A stretch of 64,000 nt of DNA, taken from positions 1-64,000 of the forward strand of contig JASFYR010000009.1 in the NCBI GenBank assembly GCA_045047115.1, read 5' to 3'. The stretch comes from Sulfurospirillum sp. (lineage in GTDB: Bacteria; Campylobacterota; Campylobacteria; Campylobacterales; Sulfurospirillaceae). The notes below the pieces were generated by a model. The model made no database searches, was not told the DNA's origin, and saw only the letters and a program-made list of their open reading frames with translations. Shown here in pieces: positions 36,754 through 45,985 of the stretch (position 1 is its first letter; each line of letters starts with the position of its first letter). A program made the position numbers and the translations under genes.

Positions 36754-37260
36754 CTAATTTATAAGCCTGGTCTCTTTTAAGTACTTGTTTAAATCTTCTT
36801 TCTTATATATACCCTTGGCTACATAATTAACAAAGATTTTCATCATACTTGGATCGGCGTATCCCGGGAGTTGGATTATTTTATTCCAATTTTTATCAAA
36901 CATGATTATCTGTGGAGTTGCTTTGACTGTAAAACCCATCTTTAAAGATGTTGTATTTGTCTTTTTTGGTGGATTTTTATCTCCCATAACATAATTATGA
37001 TACTCATCAAGAGGGATAGAATAGACATGGAAATTATCTTTTAAAAGTTTATGCAAAACTTTGTCTTTTTCTATATCTTTTTTAAATACTTTACAGTATG
37101 CGCAGCTTTTTGTTTCAAATAGCAGCAAAACATTTTTTCCATTTGCTACAAGCCTGTCTGTATGCAGAAGTAAGCTGTCGCTTGCCTCTGCACTAACAAA
37201 GGAAAATCCTAAAAACAGTAAGAAAATTACTAATTTTTTTATCATTATATCTCCAGTCAC
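36754..37260 (-). CDS. SoxW-like periplasmic thioredoxin
   Basis: CAYC, ATP cis-Pro loop, LPGY; signal peptide. Confidence 0.8.
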   Translation of the reverse strand: MTGDIMIKKLVIFLLFLGFSFVSAEASDSLLLHTDRLVANGKNVLLLFETKSCAYCKVFKKDIEKDKVLHKLLKDNFHVYSIPLDEYHNYVMGDKNPPKKTNTTSLKMGFTVKATPQIIMFDKNWNKIIQLPGYADPSMMKIFVNYVAKGIYKKEDLNKYLKETRLIN

Positions 37261-37928
37261 TTTTTCTTTTTGATTATGTTTGCTAAGCCATGATCAATGT
37301 AGTAGTTTTTAAGAGCCTTATAGACATCACCATTTTTCCTATCTAGTCCTAGCCATTTTTGATCTTTTACAAAATCAAGTGTGATTAAAAACTGTTTTGC
37401 CGGTATGTAGCCGGGAACAACAAAGATACTTTTGCCTTTTTCATCTGTAAAAATCAGAGTTGGAGTTGCTCTCACACTATAGATATCTATCAAAGTCTTT
37501 GTGTCTACATCCAAATCTTTTCCTTCATGTTGAAGTTTATGAATTTTATTGTTTTTTATATTTAAAAGATATGTGGTAAAATCATTTTTAAGTTCATCTT
37601 TTAATTTTTTATTATCATGAATATCATTTTTCATTTTAGTGCAATACGGACATTCATCGCTACCAAAAATAATTATCATATATTTGCCCTTTGGAGCAAT
37701 TCTCGCACTGTCCTTAAAAACATCACCCAAATCAAAATCTTTTTTAACAACACTAGTTGCTTTTTTTGCTGCATGTGTTTCAATTTTAACTGTTTTTGGT
37801 GTTTCAGTTTTTTTGATAACAGTCGGTTTTTCAATGGTGGTTACTGTCGTTTTTTCATTACCACAACCAATTAATAAAAATAGAGTTATTGCTAACAATC
37901 CTATGGTTTTTAAAAAAGATTTTGTCAT
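37257..37928 (-). CDS. SoxW-like thioredoxin lipoprotein
   Basis: Lipobox LIGC; CPYC; ATPTLIF..VPGY. Confidence 0.82.
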   Translation of the reverse strand: MTKSFLKTIGLLAITLFLLIGCGNEKTTVTTIEKPTVIKKTETPKTVKIETHAAKKATSVVKKDFDLGDVFKDSARIAPKGKYMIIIFGSDECPYCTKMKNDIHDNKKLKDELKNDFTTYLLNIKNNKIHKLQHEGKDLDVDTKTLIDIYSVRATPTLIFTDEKGKSIFVVPGYIPAKQFLITLDFVKDQKWLGLDRKNGDVYKALKNYYIDHGLANIIKKKK

Positions 37929-37956
37929 ATTTCTGCCTTGTTATTGAAAATTTTGT

Positions 37957-37982
37957 GTGCGACACGGATATTCGTGTCGCAC
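37957..37982. terminator. stable hairpin downstream of the multiheme cytochrome gene
   Basis: GTGCGACACG-N6-CGTGTCGCAC; no U-run on the coding strand, so it may be a stabiliser rather than a terminator. Confidence 0.45.
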
Positions 37983-38007
37983 TTTGTTAAAGAAATCTAG
38001 CGATCTC

Positions 38008-40311
38008 TTATTTAACTGATTTATGCAGTATACTATTAACTTTGTTAATATGTTCTTTATCAGTTAAGATTCCAGGGTTAGTGTTGACTTTTTTCCACAA
38101 CTCTTTGTTTGTCATATTTTGATGACAGCCCATACAGACTCCACTTCTCTCCATCTTAACTCTCATGTCTTGGTCGAGAGGGCGAGATGCAGGCCAGTGT
38201 GAACCGACATTTGTAAGTTGTTTTCCATCTCTAGTAACAACTTGAGACCAGCCAAAATTCATACCAGGAATTGCTTCCATTTGAACTGTCGTATGAGAAG
38301 AAACAAACTTGCCGGTTGCAAGATCTTGCAAGTCGATCTTGACATTTTTGTCTTGATCTATCAGAGAGTTTTTCTTTCCATATCCAAGTGCTTTTTGGCT
38401 TGAATGACAGCTTTCACAAGTTCTGGCATGCAGTGTTGTTGTATGCGGTTGAACCGGAGACATGTCTATGGCGTCAACCATGTTACCGTTATCATGCACT
38501 CTTGCTTGCTTGTTTAGAATAAGAGTCTTGCCATTTGGACCAATAACTGTATAAGTTACTTGACAGCCAGGTATGATTGGAGTTACAAGGCCTTCACCGT
38601 TGATACCAAGAATTGGATTTTCCCATTCGGTATAACTTCTTGTTTCACTTGCTTTACCTATCTGTTTTTTGCCTTTTGTTCCAAGTACAGATTCACTGGT
38701 TTCACCGTTTTTGAAGTGTGTAGAACCACTTGCGATCCAGTCAATTTTGCTTTTGCCTTTTCTGTAATCAACCTTGACATGACAACCATAACATTGAGGT
38801 GCCCAGCTTGAGTGACAAGAGTAGCACTCCAGTTTATCCATGTGAGCTTTAACAGCATACATGGCAACTTGACCATCTTGGGTTAGTTGTTTTTTGATTT
38901 CTAGTGATTTAAGAACAGGTACAACCAAATCTTTACCACTTGCTAGATGAGCTATTACTCTGTTGCTTCCTTTTTCTTTAACAACATTTCCTAAAGGATT
39001 TCCTCTTGTACTTAGTAGATAACCGCCTTTTGGATTATAAACCATACCTTTTTGCATATAGCCGGGAAGTGTTTTTGCTAATCCTCTTGCTTTATTTGAA
39101 GCTTTTACGGCAAGATTTTTTTCACCATAACCAACTTTTAACTCCCATGGGAATTTTGTAGTTGTACCATGACAATCAGAACACTCTATCTCAACTTGAC
39201 CTAGAGTTGTACCAAATAGTGTGCCATCACCATGCATGTCTATTGATGTATGACAATCTTGACAAGTCATACCTGCTCTAAAGTGTATATCTGATTTTAA
39301 GTGTTGGTATCTTTTACCATGAGTTTTGGTCTGAGCTTTACCGCCTGGCATAAGAGGTGAACCATAAGGCTGTTCCATCATACCCATGTACGAAACACCA
39401 ATTCTTTTACCTCTGTTGTGGCAAGAGTTACAAGTTTCAGGATGAATACCACTAAATGTCACACCGGTTGAGGGGACATGTACTTTGGCATCTCTGGTAG
39501 CTTGCATTTCATGAACCAAAAGATGACCATGCTCTTTTTTATTGATAGTTGGATCATTTCCTTCATATATACCCTCATTTCCATAAGGAATATGACAGGA
39601 ACTACAGCCCATACCTCTCCAGTCACCTCTGCCTTTTCTGCCTCTTACACCGATGTGACATCTTTGACAATCACTTCTTTGATAAGATATAGATGCAGCA
39701 TAACCTAGTTCTTTTTCATTCATTGCAGAAATATCTTTGCTGCTTTGTGGTGGCAATGGAAGTTGTTTTAGCTCTGTTGGGAATTGATCAGGATATTTGT
39801 CCATCATAGCAACCATATACTTTTTATAAGTTTTAGTTCCCCAAGCAGGAGTTTTTCCATCAGTATCTTTTATGGCGTAATCACCAAATTTTACCTTTTG
39901 AGTATCTTCACTACCGAATGTGTGTAAATTTCCTTGTATCTTACCGGCTTCTGTAGCCATAAGAGCCTTTTTCATGTTTGCTACAGTGTCGGCATGACAA
40001 AGTCCACATGTTTTGTCCATGATCCAGTAACTACCGGGATCTCTAACAAATGCCTCTAACCCGCCTGGATGATTTGGTGCACCTTTGTGTGCCATCTCTT
40101 TAGTGGTGGCCTTTACATTACCTCCGTGGCAGATAGTACATCCCGCAGGATCGCCAACGCCGGCTCCTATGGCCTTAATTTGTTGCATCATGCCTGAATC
40201 TTGATGTCTTATATCCTCTATACCTTTGTGACACGACATACAGTCAGCAAATGCCCACGAAGATATAAGAGCTACAAGAAACAGAGCTTTTGTAAAGCTA
40301 GATTTCAACAT
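38008..40311 (-). CDS. periplasmic dodecaheme c-type cytochrome
   Basis: Signal peptide and 12 CXXCH motifs. Confidence 0.9.
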   Translation of the reverse strand: MLKSSFTKALFLVALISSWAFADCMSCHKGIEDIRHQDSGMMQQIKAIGAGVGDPAGCTICHGGNVKATTKEMAHKGAPNHPGGLEAFVRDPGSYWIMDKTCGLCHADTVANMKKALMATEAGKIQGNLHTFGSEDTQKVKFGDYAIKDTDGKTPAWGTKTYKKYMVAMMDKYPDQFPTELKQLPLPPQSSKDISAMNEKELGYAASISYQRSDCQRCHIGVRGRKGRGDWRGMGCSSCHIPYGNEGIYEGNDPTINKKEHGHLLVHEMQATRDAKVHVPSTGVTFSGIHPETCNSCHNRGKRIGVSYMGMMEQPYGSPLMPGGKAQTKTHGKRYQHLKSDIHFRAGMTCQDCHTSIDMHGDGTLFGTTLGQVEIECSDCHGTTTKFPWELKVGYGEKNLAVKASNKARGLAKTLPGYMQKGMVYNPKGGYLLSTRGNPLGNVVKEKGSNRVIAHLASGKDLVVPVLKSLEIKKQLTQDGQVAMYAVKAHMDKLECYSCHSSWAPQCYGCHVKVDYRKGKSKIDWIASGSTHFKNGETSESVLGTKGKKQIGKASETRSYTEWENPILGINGEGLVTPIIPGCQVTYTVIGPNGKTLILNKQARVHDNGNMVDAIDMSPVQPHTTTLHARTCESCHSSQKALGYGKKNSLIDQDKNVKIDLQDLATGKFVSSHTTVQMEAIPGMNFGWSQVVTRDGKQLTNVGSHWPASRPLDQDMRVKMERSGVCMGCHQNMTNKELWKKVNTNPGILTDKEHINKVNSILHKSVK

Positions 40312-40354
40312 ATTCTCTCCTTTTTAGAATTTGTCAAATTAATGACTTATTGCA

Positions 40355-40387
40355 ATTATAAGTTATGAAAGTGCTTAATAAGTGCTT
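40355..40387 (-). promoter_or_regulatory. promoter with 11-bp-spaced direct repeat
   Basis: AAGTGCTT-AAT-AAGTGCTT (40369-40387) next to a minus-strand TATAAT (40355-40360). Confidence 0.6.
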
Positions 40388-40471
40388 TTGGGTAAAAATG
40401 TAAATAAATAGTTTTTTATGTTTCTTTTAAGGTTTCAAAATGTAACATTATGAGAATTTTAGGAGGTTTAT

Positions 40472-40957
40472 GTGAAAAAATTATCTGTTCTAATAGTTTT
40501 TATTATCTTTTCAAATTTTGCTTTTGGGGCAAATGATATAGTGGATGGTTGGGAGACAGATTTAGAGCAGGCAAAAGAGGATGCAAATCGTCTAAAAAAG
40601 CCAATAATGCTTTTTTTGCACTCTGTGAGTTGTTTTTATTGCCCTAAAGTTATAGAGCAAGTATTGCCAAATCCGGACTTGGCAAAATATTTAAAGAATA
40701 ATTTTGTGAGATTGGAGCTTGATACCAGTACCGGTTCTGATTCTATAGAATCAGATGTTACAGATCAGGCGCCTCCCAGGTTTATAGTCAGCATCACACC
40801 GGCATATATATTTATGGGACCAAATGAAGAAAAGTTGGCAAGAAATGGTAAAAAACATATGATAGTATATGGTTTCTGGGATGTCAATGACACTAAAAAA
40901 TGGGCGCAGGAAGCCTTGAAGAGATTTAAAACATTATATGGAGACAAGTATAAATGA
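40472..40957 (+). CDS. periplasmic thioredoxin-fold protein (SoxW/DsbD-like)
   Basis: Signal peptide; KPIMLF...CFYC; ITPAY. Confidence 0.8.
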   Translation: MKKLSVLIVFIIFSNFAFGANDIVDGWETDLEQAKEDANRLKKPIMLFLHSVSCFYCPKVIEQVLPNPDLAKYLKNNFVRLELDTSTGSDSIESDVTDQAPPRFIVSITPAYIFMGPNEEKLARNGKKHMIVYGFWDVNDTKKWAQEALKRFKTLYGDKYK

Positions 40958-41271
40958 GATTTTTAGTTTTACTATTGGTTAGCACGGTTTTTGTTTTTGG
41001 AGCTCATGAAAAAAGAGGACAAAAATATTATTTGCAAAGATGTTCTTCCTGTCATGGAACAGGTAAGATGTGGGGAAATGTTGCTACTCAGGAAGAGTGG
41101 AAAGATTTTTTGACGAAAAATATTAAGGAATTAAAAAGTTTTCATACTAAAAATCCAAAGGTTTTGAACTATCTTGATTCTAAAGATTTTAAGAAAGAGA
41201 AAAATAGAATGATGAGATTTTTACAAGAATTTGCAAGTGATTCAGACTCAATACCAAGCTGTAATAATTAA
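40954..41271 (+). CDS. monoheme cytochrome c
   Basis: Signal peptide; CSSCH; C-terminal FASDSDSIPSC. Confidence 0.8.
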   Translation: MRFLVLLLVSTVFVFGAHEKRGQKYYLQRCSSCHGTGKMWGNVATQEEWKDFLTKNIKELKSFHTKNPKVLNYLDSKDFKKEKNRMMRFLQEFASDSDSIPSCNN

Positions 41272-43462
41272 ACAGATATTTCTGCTTGTTTTTTTGGCAT
41301 CGGGACTCTTTGCACTTAGTAACACTAAAAATATACTCTTGGTCCACTCATATCATAGAGGTTATAAATGGAGTGATGATATCTCAAAAGTTTTGGAAAA
41401 AAAGTATGAAAATAACTCTGGAACTTCTCTGACTACCGTTTATATGGACACAAAAAAGGTAGCAACTCCAACATATTTTGACAGATTGTTTTCTCTGTAT
41501 GATGAGCAGTTTAAAGGTAGGCATTTTGATTTGGTGATTGCTGCAGATAACAATGCTTTAGAGTTTGTTATAAGATATCACGAGCATTTGTTTAAAGATT
41601 TGCCCGTTGTATTTTTAGGTATAAATAATTTTGATGAATCTATGATTTATGAAAATAACATGAGGCAATACACAACAGGAGTTGCAGAAAATGTGGATAT
41701 TGCCAAAAATATAGATTTAATTTTAAAAATCCATAAAAATTGTAAAAAGATAGTGATTATAAATGACAGATCAAAAACTGGATATGCCATAAGAAGAGAT
41801 ATTTCCAAAGTTTTACCAAGATATAAAAACAGAGTAAAGTTTGAGTATGTTGATGATATTTCTTTACAGAACTTAAAAACTAAAATATCAAATTTACCCA
41901 AAGATACAGTCATGTTGTGGGTTTTGCTTTTTAAAGATAAAACAGGGAGAAAATTTACATACAAAGAGAGTTTGAGGCAAGTTAGGTCTATCTCGAATAT
42001 CCCAATATACGGCTTGTGGGATTTTTATCTTGGAAAGGGAATAGTAGGGGGATTGCTTACAAGTGCCACATCTCAAGCAATTGCTGCCTCAAAGATGGTT
42101 GATGAGATTATCAAGGGCATAAAACCAAGAAATATACCAATCTTGCAAAAGAGCCCAAATGAGTATATATTTGATTATAACGAATTGAAAAAATACAGGA
42201 TAAAGATACCTGAAAATATAAAAAAGTATGTGGTAGTAAACCAGCCTTTTTCATTTTATAAGCACTATAAAAAGCTAGTCTGGATAACACTGTCTGTATT
42301 TTTTATCTTTACACTGATTTTAATTTTGCTTATATTTAATGTTGCCAAGCGAAGAAAGAGTGAAAAAGAGCTGAAAAATCAACTACAATTTATAAGAGTT
42401 TTAATGGATACCATCCCAAATCCGATGAATTACAAGGACATTAATGGAATATATCTAGGTTGTAATAAGGCGTTTGCTGATTTATTCAATTGCAAAAGGG
42501 AGGATATCATAGGCAAAAGTGTGTATGATTTTTTTGAAGAAGACTGGGCACATGAGCAGAGTCAAAAAGATGAGGAGCTACTGTATAAAAAAGGAACAGA
42601 TAACTTTGAAAAGACTCTGCACTTCCCAGATGGAAGAGCAAGAATGGTGAGTTATAGTAAAACAGCATATGAAAACATAGATGGAAATTTAGGTGGAATT
42701 GTTAGTATAATGGATGATATAACACAAAGAAACCAACAAAAAGAGTTCATAATCCAACAATCAAAACTTGCCGAGATGGGAGAAATGATAGCAGCAATTG
42801 CCCATCAGTGGAATGAACCATTAGTAGAGCTTTCGGCTATATTGCAAGATATGGAGTTTTCTTACAGACAAAATGAACTTAATGAAAAAAATATGAATGA
42901 TTTCGTAAAAGACTCAATGGTGCAAATCCAGTATATGTCTAAAACCTTGAGCGATTTTAGAAATTTTTTGAAACCATCGACAAAAAAAGCACTGTTTTGT
43001 GCAAAAAAAGCACTTGATGAAGTGCTTGAGATTATAGGAAAGCAGATATTTTATTCGCATATAAATCTTAAGGTTATTTGCAGAGATGAAAAAGTTCCTA
43101 TATATGGTTATGAAAATGAATTTAAGCAGGTTTTGTTAAATATTATAAATAATGCAAAAAACAAATTAATCAAGACGCAAAAAGGTAAAAGTATAGAGAT
43201 TTTTGTTGAGGCACATTATGATAGTGTTAAAATTAGAATTATTGATGATGGAGAGTTGATTCCAAAAGAAATTTTGGATTTGATTTTTGATCCCTATTTT
43301 AGCACTAATAAAAACGGTACAGGGCTGGGTCTATATATGGCAAAAGTAATAATAGAGGATAAAATGGAGGGAAAAATAAGTGCATACAATTATGTAGATA
43401 AAGTAATTTTCAATATAATAGTCCCAAGTATTCAAAAACAGAACACAAGGGTAACAGTATGA
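41231..43462 (+). CDS. sensor histidine kinase (substrate-binding-like periplasmic domain plus PAS)
   Basis: LLVHSYH.GY.W, YLGCNKAF PAS, IAHQWNEPL; start uncertain. Confidence 0.88.
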   Translation: MQVIQTQYQAVIIKQIFLLVFLASGLFALSNTKNILLVHSYHRGYKWSDDISKVLEKKYENNSGTSLTTVYMDTKKVATPTYFDRLFSLYDEQFKGRHFDLVIAADNNALEFVIRYHEHLFKDLPVVFLGINNFDESMIYENNMRQYTTGVAENVDIAKNIDLILKIHKNCKKIVIINDRSKTGYAIRRDISKVLPRYKNRVKFEYVDDISLQNLKTKISNLPKDTVMLWVLLFKDKTGRKFTYKESLRQVRSISNIPIYGLWDFYLGKGIVGGLLTSATSQAIAASKMVDEIIKGIKPRNIPILQKSPNEYIFDYNELKKYRIKIPENIKKYVVVNQPFSFYKHYKKLVWITLSVFFIFTLILILLIFNVAKRRKSEKELKNQLQFIRVLMDTIPNPMNYKDINGIYLGCNKAFADLFNCKREDIIGKSVYDFFEEDWAHEQSQKDEELLYKKGTDNFEKTLHFPDGRARMVSYSKTAYENIDGNLGGIVSIMDDITQRNQQKEFIIQQSKLAEMGEMIAAIAHQWNEPLVELSAILQDMEFSYRQNELNEKNMNDFVKDSMVQIQYMSKTLSDFRNFLKPSTKKALFCAKKALDEVLEIIGKQIFYSHINLKVICRDEKVPIYGYENEFKQVLLNIINNAKNKLIKTQKGKSIEIFVEAHYDSVKIRIIDDGELIPKEILDLIFDPYFSTNKNGTGLGLYMAKVIIEDKMEGKISAYNYVDKVIFNIIVPSIQKQNTRVTV

Positions 43463-44109
43463 AAATTCTTTTGCTTGAAGATAATAAGAGACTAAATGAG
43501 ACGATAACAAGAAGATTAAAGGCAAAAGGGTATGAAGTTTTTAGTTTTTTAGATGGCCTAAAGGCTTATAATGCTATTGATGATGGATATATATGTTTTG
43601 TACTGGATATTAATGTACCTACGATTGATGGTACCGAAATACTAAAGAGAATAAGAGAGTTCAATAAAAATACACCTGTTATCATAATAAGCTCGACTGT
43701 AGAGCTTGACATCATAAAAGATTCATACAAACATGGTTGCAATGACTATCTAAAAAAACCTTTTTTTATAGATGAGCTTGAGATAAAGATAGAGAAACTG
43801 TGTAATTTTGATAATGATGTTATAGATATTTATAAAGGTTGTAAATTTTTCTTTAAAGAGAGTGCTTTGGAGATAGATGGAGTCAGGGAGCATTTGTCAA
43901 AAAAAGAGAGACTTTTTTTAAATCTGTTGCTTTCAAAAAAAGGAAGCGTTGTACCTTTTGATTCTATTCAAGATGTTGTGTGGGAGGGAGGCTTTACGAG
44001 TATAGACTCTATTCGCTCTTTGATGCGTAGAATTAGAAAAAAATTTCCTATCGATTGTATAGAAACTGTCGTAGATGTGGGGTATCTCTTTAAAAAATGT
44101 TTCGATTAG
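43459..44109 (+). CDS. OmpR-family response regulator
   Basis: LLLEDN...LDINVP...DYLKKPF...VGY. Confidence 0.9.
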   Translation: MKILLLEDNKRLNETITRRLKAKGYEVFSFLDGLKAYNAIDDGYICFVLDINVPTIDGTEILKRIREFNKNTPVIIISSTVELDIIKDSYKHGCNDYLKKPFFIDELEIKIEKLCNFDNDVIDIYKGCKFFFKESALEIDGVREHLSKKERLFLNLLLSKKGSVVPFDSIQDVVWEGGFTSIDSIRSLMRRIRKKFPIDCIETVVDVGYLFKKCFD

Positions 44110-44155
44110 TAACGAATTTTAGAATAAATTTTGCATTAAGACAATAAATGCAAAA

Positions 44156-44188
44156 TGTCATATACTTGTCATATATTGGAGTTAAAAT
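44156..44188 (+). promoter_or_regulatory. 11-bp tandem repeat plus -10 box upstream of the TRAP operon
   Basis: TGTCATATACT TGTCATATATT then TAAAAT. Confidence 0.65.
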
Positions 44189-44238
44189 GCCATTATACGT
44201 GAATGACATGTAATAAAAATTCAATTTAAGGAGAAAAT

Positions 44239-45303
44239 ATGAAGTTAGGAAAGGTTCTTGGAACTTTGGGTTTGGCAGCGGTATTGGCTGTAACTGCAAG
44301 TGCTGCAGATAAGAGAGTTAAGTGGAAGTTGGCTATGACATGGCCTACTAGCTTATCACCATTTACTGATGCTGTACATGAGATGGCCAATTTGGTAAAA
44401 GAGATGAGTGACGGTAAATTTACTATCAGAATAGATTCTAAAAACAAACATAAATCTCCATTTGGCATATTGGATATGGTTAAATTGGGTCAGTATGATA
44501 TGGGACACTCTGCATCATATTACTGGAAAGGTAAAGATTTAGCAACTCTTCCTTTTACTACTATGCCTTTTGGTATGATTGCTCCTGAGCAATATGCATG
44601 GTTCTACTACGGTGGTGGAATGGCACTTATGCAAAAAGTTTATGCTAAACACAAAGTTTACTCTTTTCCTGGTGGAAATACAGGAAACCAAATGGGTGGG
44701 TGGTTTAGAAAAGAGATTAAAACTGTTAATGACCTAAAAGGTCTTAAGATGAGAATTCCTGGCTTTGCCGGTGAGATTATGTCAGAGCTTGGTGTTACAG
44801 TTACAAACATAGCTCCGGGCGAACTCTATACTTCACTTGAGCGTGGTACAATTGATGCACTGGAGTGGGTTGGACCGGGAATGGATATAAGAATGGGATT
44901 TCATAAAGTAGCACCTTACTACTATACAGGATGGCATGAGCCCGGTACAGAGTTGCAGTTTTTAGTAAATATCAAAAAGTTTAAAAAACTATCTCCAAAG
45001 TACCAAACTATTCTAAAAACCGCAATGAAATTGGCTGCATATGATATGTACATAGAGAACTATTATATGAGTGCAGTTGCTTGGGCTAAAATTAAAACTG
45101 ATTATCCAAATATCAAAATCAAATCTTTTCCGCCGGCAGTTATAGCAGCGATGAAAAAAGCAAATACAAAATTACTCAAAAGAGATGAAGCAAAAAATGC
45201 TGAATTTAAAGAGGTTATAGAGTCTCAGCAAGCTTTTATGAAGAAAGTTAGAGAATGGACAAGAATGTCTGATTATCTATCACTTAAATACAACAATGTC
45301 TAA
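44239..45303 (+). CDS. dctP: TRAP transporter substrate-binding protein (TakP / 2-hydroxy- or keto-acid type)
   Basis: GNTGNQMGGWF, LKMRIPG, ERGTIDALEW, GWHEP. Confidence 0.9.
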   Translation: MKLGKVLGTLGLAAVLAVTASAADKRVKWKLAMTWPTSLSPFTDAVHEMANLVKEMSDGKFTIRIDSKNKHKSPFGILDMVKLGQYDMGHSASYYWKGKDLATLPFTTMPFGMIAPEQYAWFYYGGGMALMQKVYAKHKVYSFPGGNTGNQMGGWFRKEIKTVNDLKGLKMRIPGFAGEIMSELGVTVTNIAPGELYTSLERGTIDALEWVGPGMDIRMGFHKVAPYYYTGWHEPGTELQFLVNIKKFKKLSPKYQTILKTAMKLAAYDMYIENYYMSAVAWAKIKTDYPNIKIKSFPPAVIAAMKKANTKLLKRDEAKNAEFKEVIESQQAFMKKVREWTRMSDYLSLKYNNV

Positions 45304-45322
45304 ATAGTTTGTAAAACTGAAG

Positions 45323-45354
45323 TTTGCCACCAAATCTCTTGGTGGCAAATTTTT
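45323..45354 (+). terminator. intrinsic terminator or stabiliser after dctP
   Basis: TTTGCCACCAA-N5-TTGGTGGCAAA followed by a T run. Confidence 0.7.
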
Positions 45355-45439
45355 ATAAAAACCGGCAATATTTTTACAGATTTTTATAAAAATTTAAAAT
45401 AATTCTGATTTTAAAATAATTATCAAAAAAAGGACTTTA

Positions 45440-45985
45440 ATGCTAGATAAGATAGAGATGTTTTATAAAAAAATCACTAAAGCTTTAGGAATTTTTTTAT
45501 TTATTGTAATGCTGCTTATGACTTTTAATGTCGCTTATGACGCGATAGCCAGGTATGCTTTTAATACAGGATCAATCGCTATGCAGGAGATGGAATGGCA
45601 TCTGTTTTCAGTGCTGATTTTAATTGGAATGTCTTATGCGCTTATGGAAGAGGGGCATGTGAGAGTTGATCTTTTGTATGATACTTGGTCGGTGCAAAAA
45701 AAGGCCAAGATAAATATGATGGGTGCGGTCGTGTTTATTTTGCCTTTGGCTCTGCTTATCGCAACTAACTCAGTAGATTTTATGATGGAGTCTTATACAT
45801 CACATGAAATTAGCGGAGACCCGGGTGGTCTTACCCATAGATGGATTATAAAAGCTTTGATCCCAGCATCTTTTTGGTTGCTGATATTTATGGATTTTGG
45901 TTATTTTATACAAAATTTAAATATTTACAAAAAAGACAAGGCAGCAAAGATGGATGTAAATTATAAAGAAGGAGAGGCGCTATGA
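45440..45985 (+). CDS. dctQ: TRAP transporter small permease
   Basis: QEMEWHLF, GHVRVD, DPGGL. Confidence 0.9.
   Translation: MLDKIEMFYKKITKALGIFLFIVMLLMTFNVAYDAIARYAFNTGSIAMQEMEWHLFSVLILIGMSYALMEEGHVRVDLLYDTWSVQKKAKINMMGAVVFILPLALLIATNSVDFMMESYTSHEISGDPGGLTHRWIIKALIPASFWLLIFMDFGYFIQNLNIYKKDKAAKMDVNYKEGEAL

Noticed and set aside
40420..40446. GTTTC repeats as a Campylobacter-type pho box
   Set aside because: Spacing is irregular (12 and 10 bp) and the context is unrelated to phosphate
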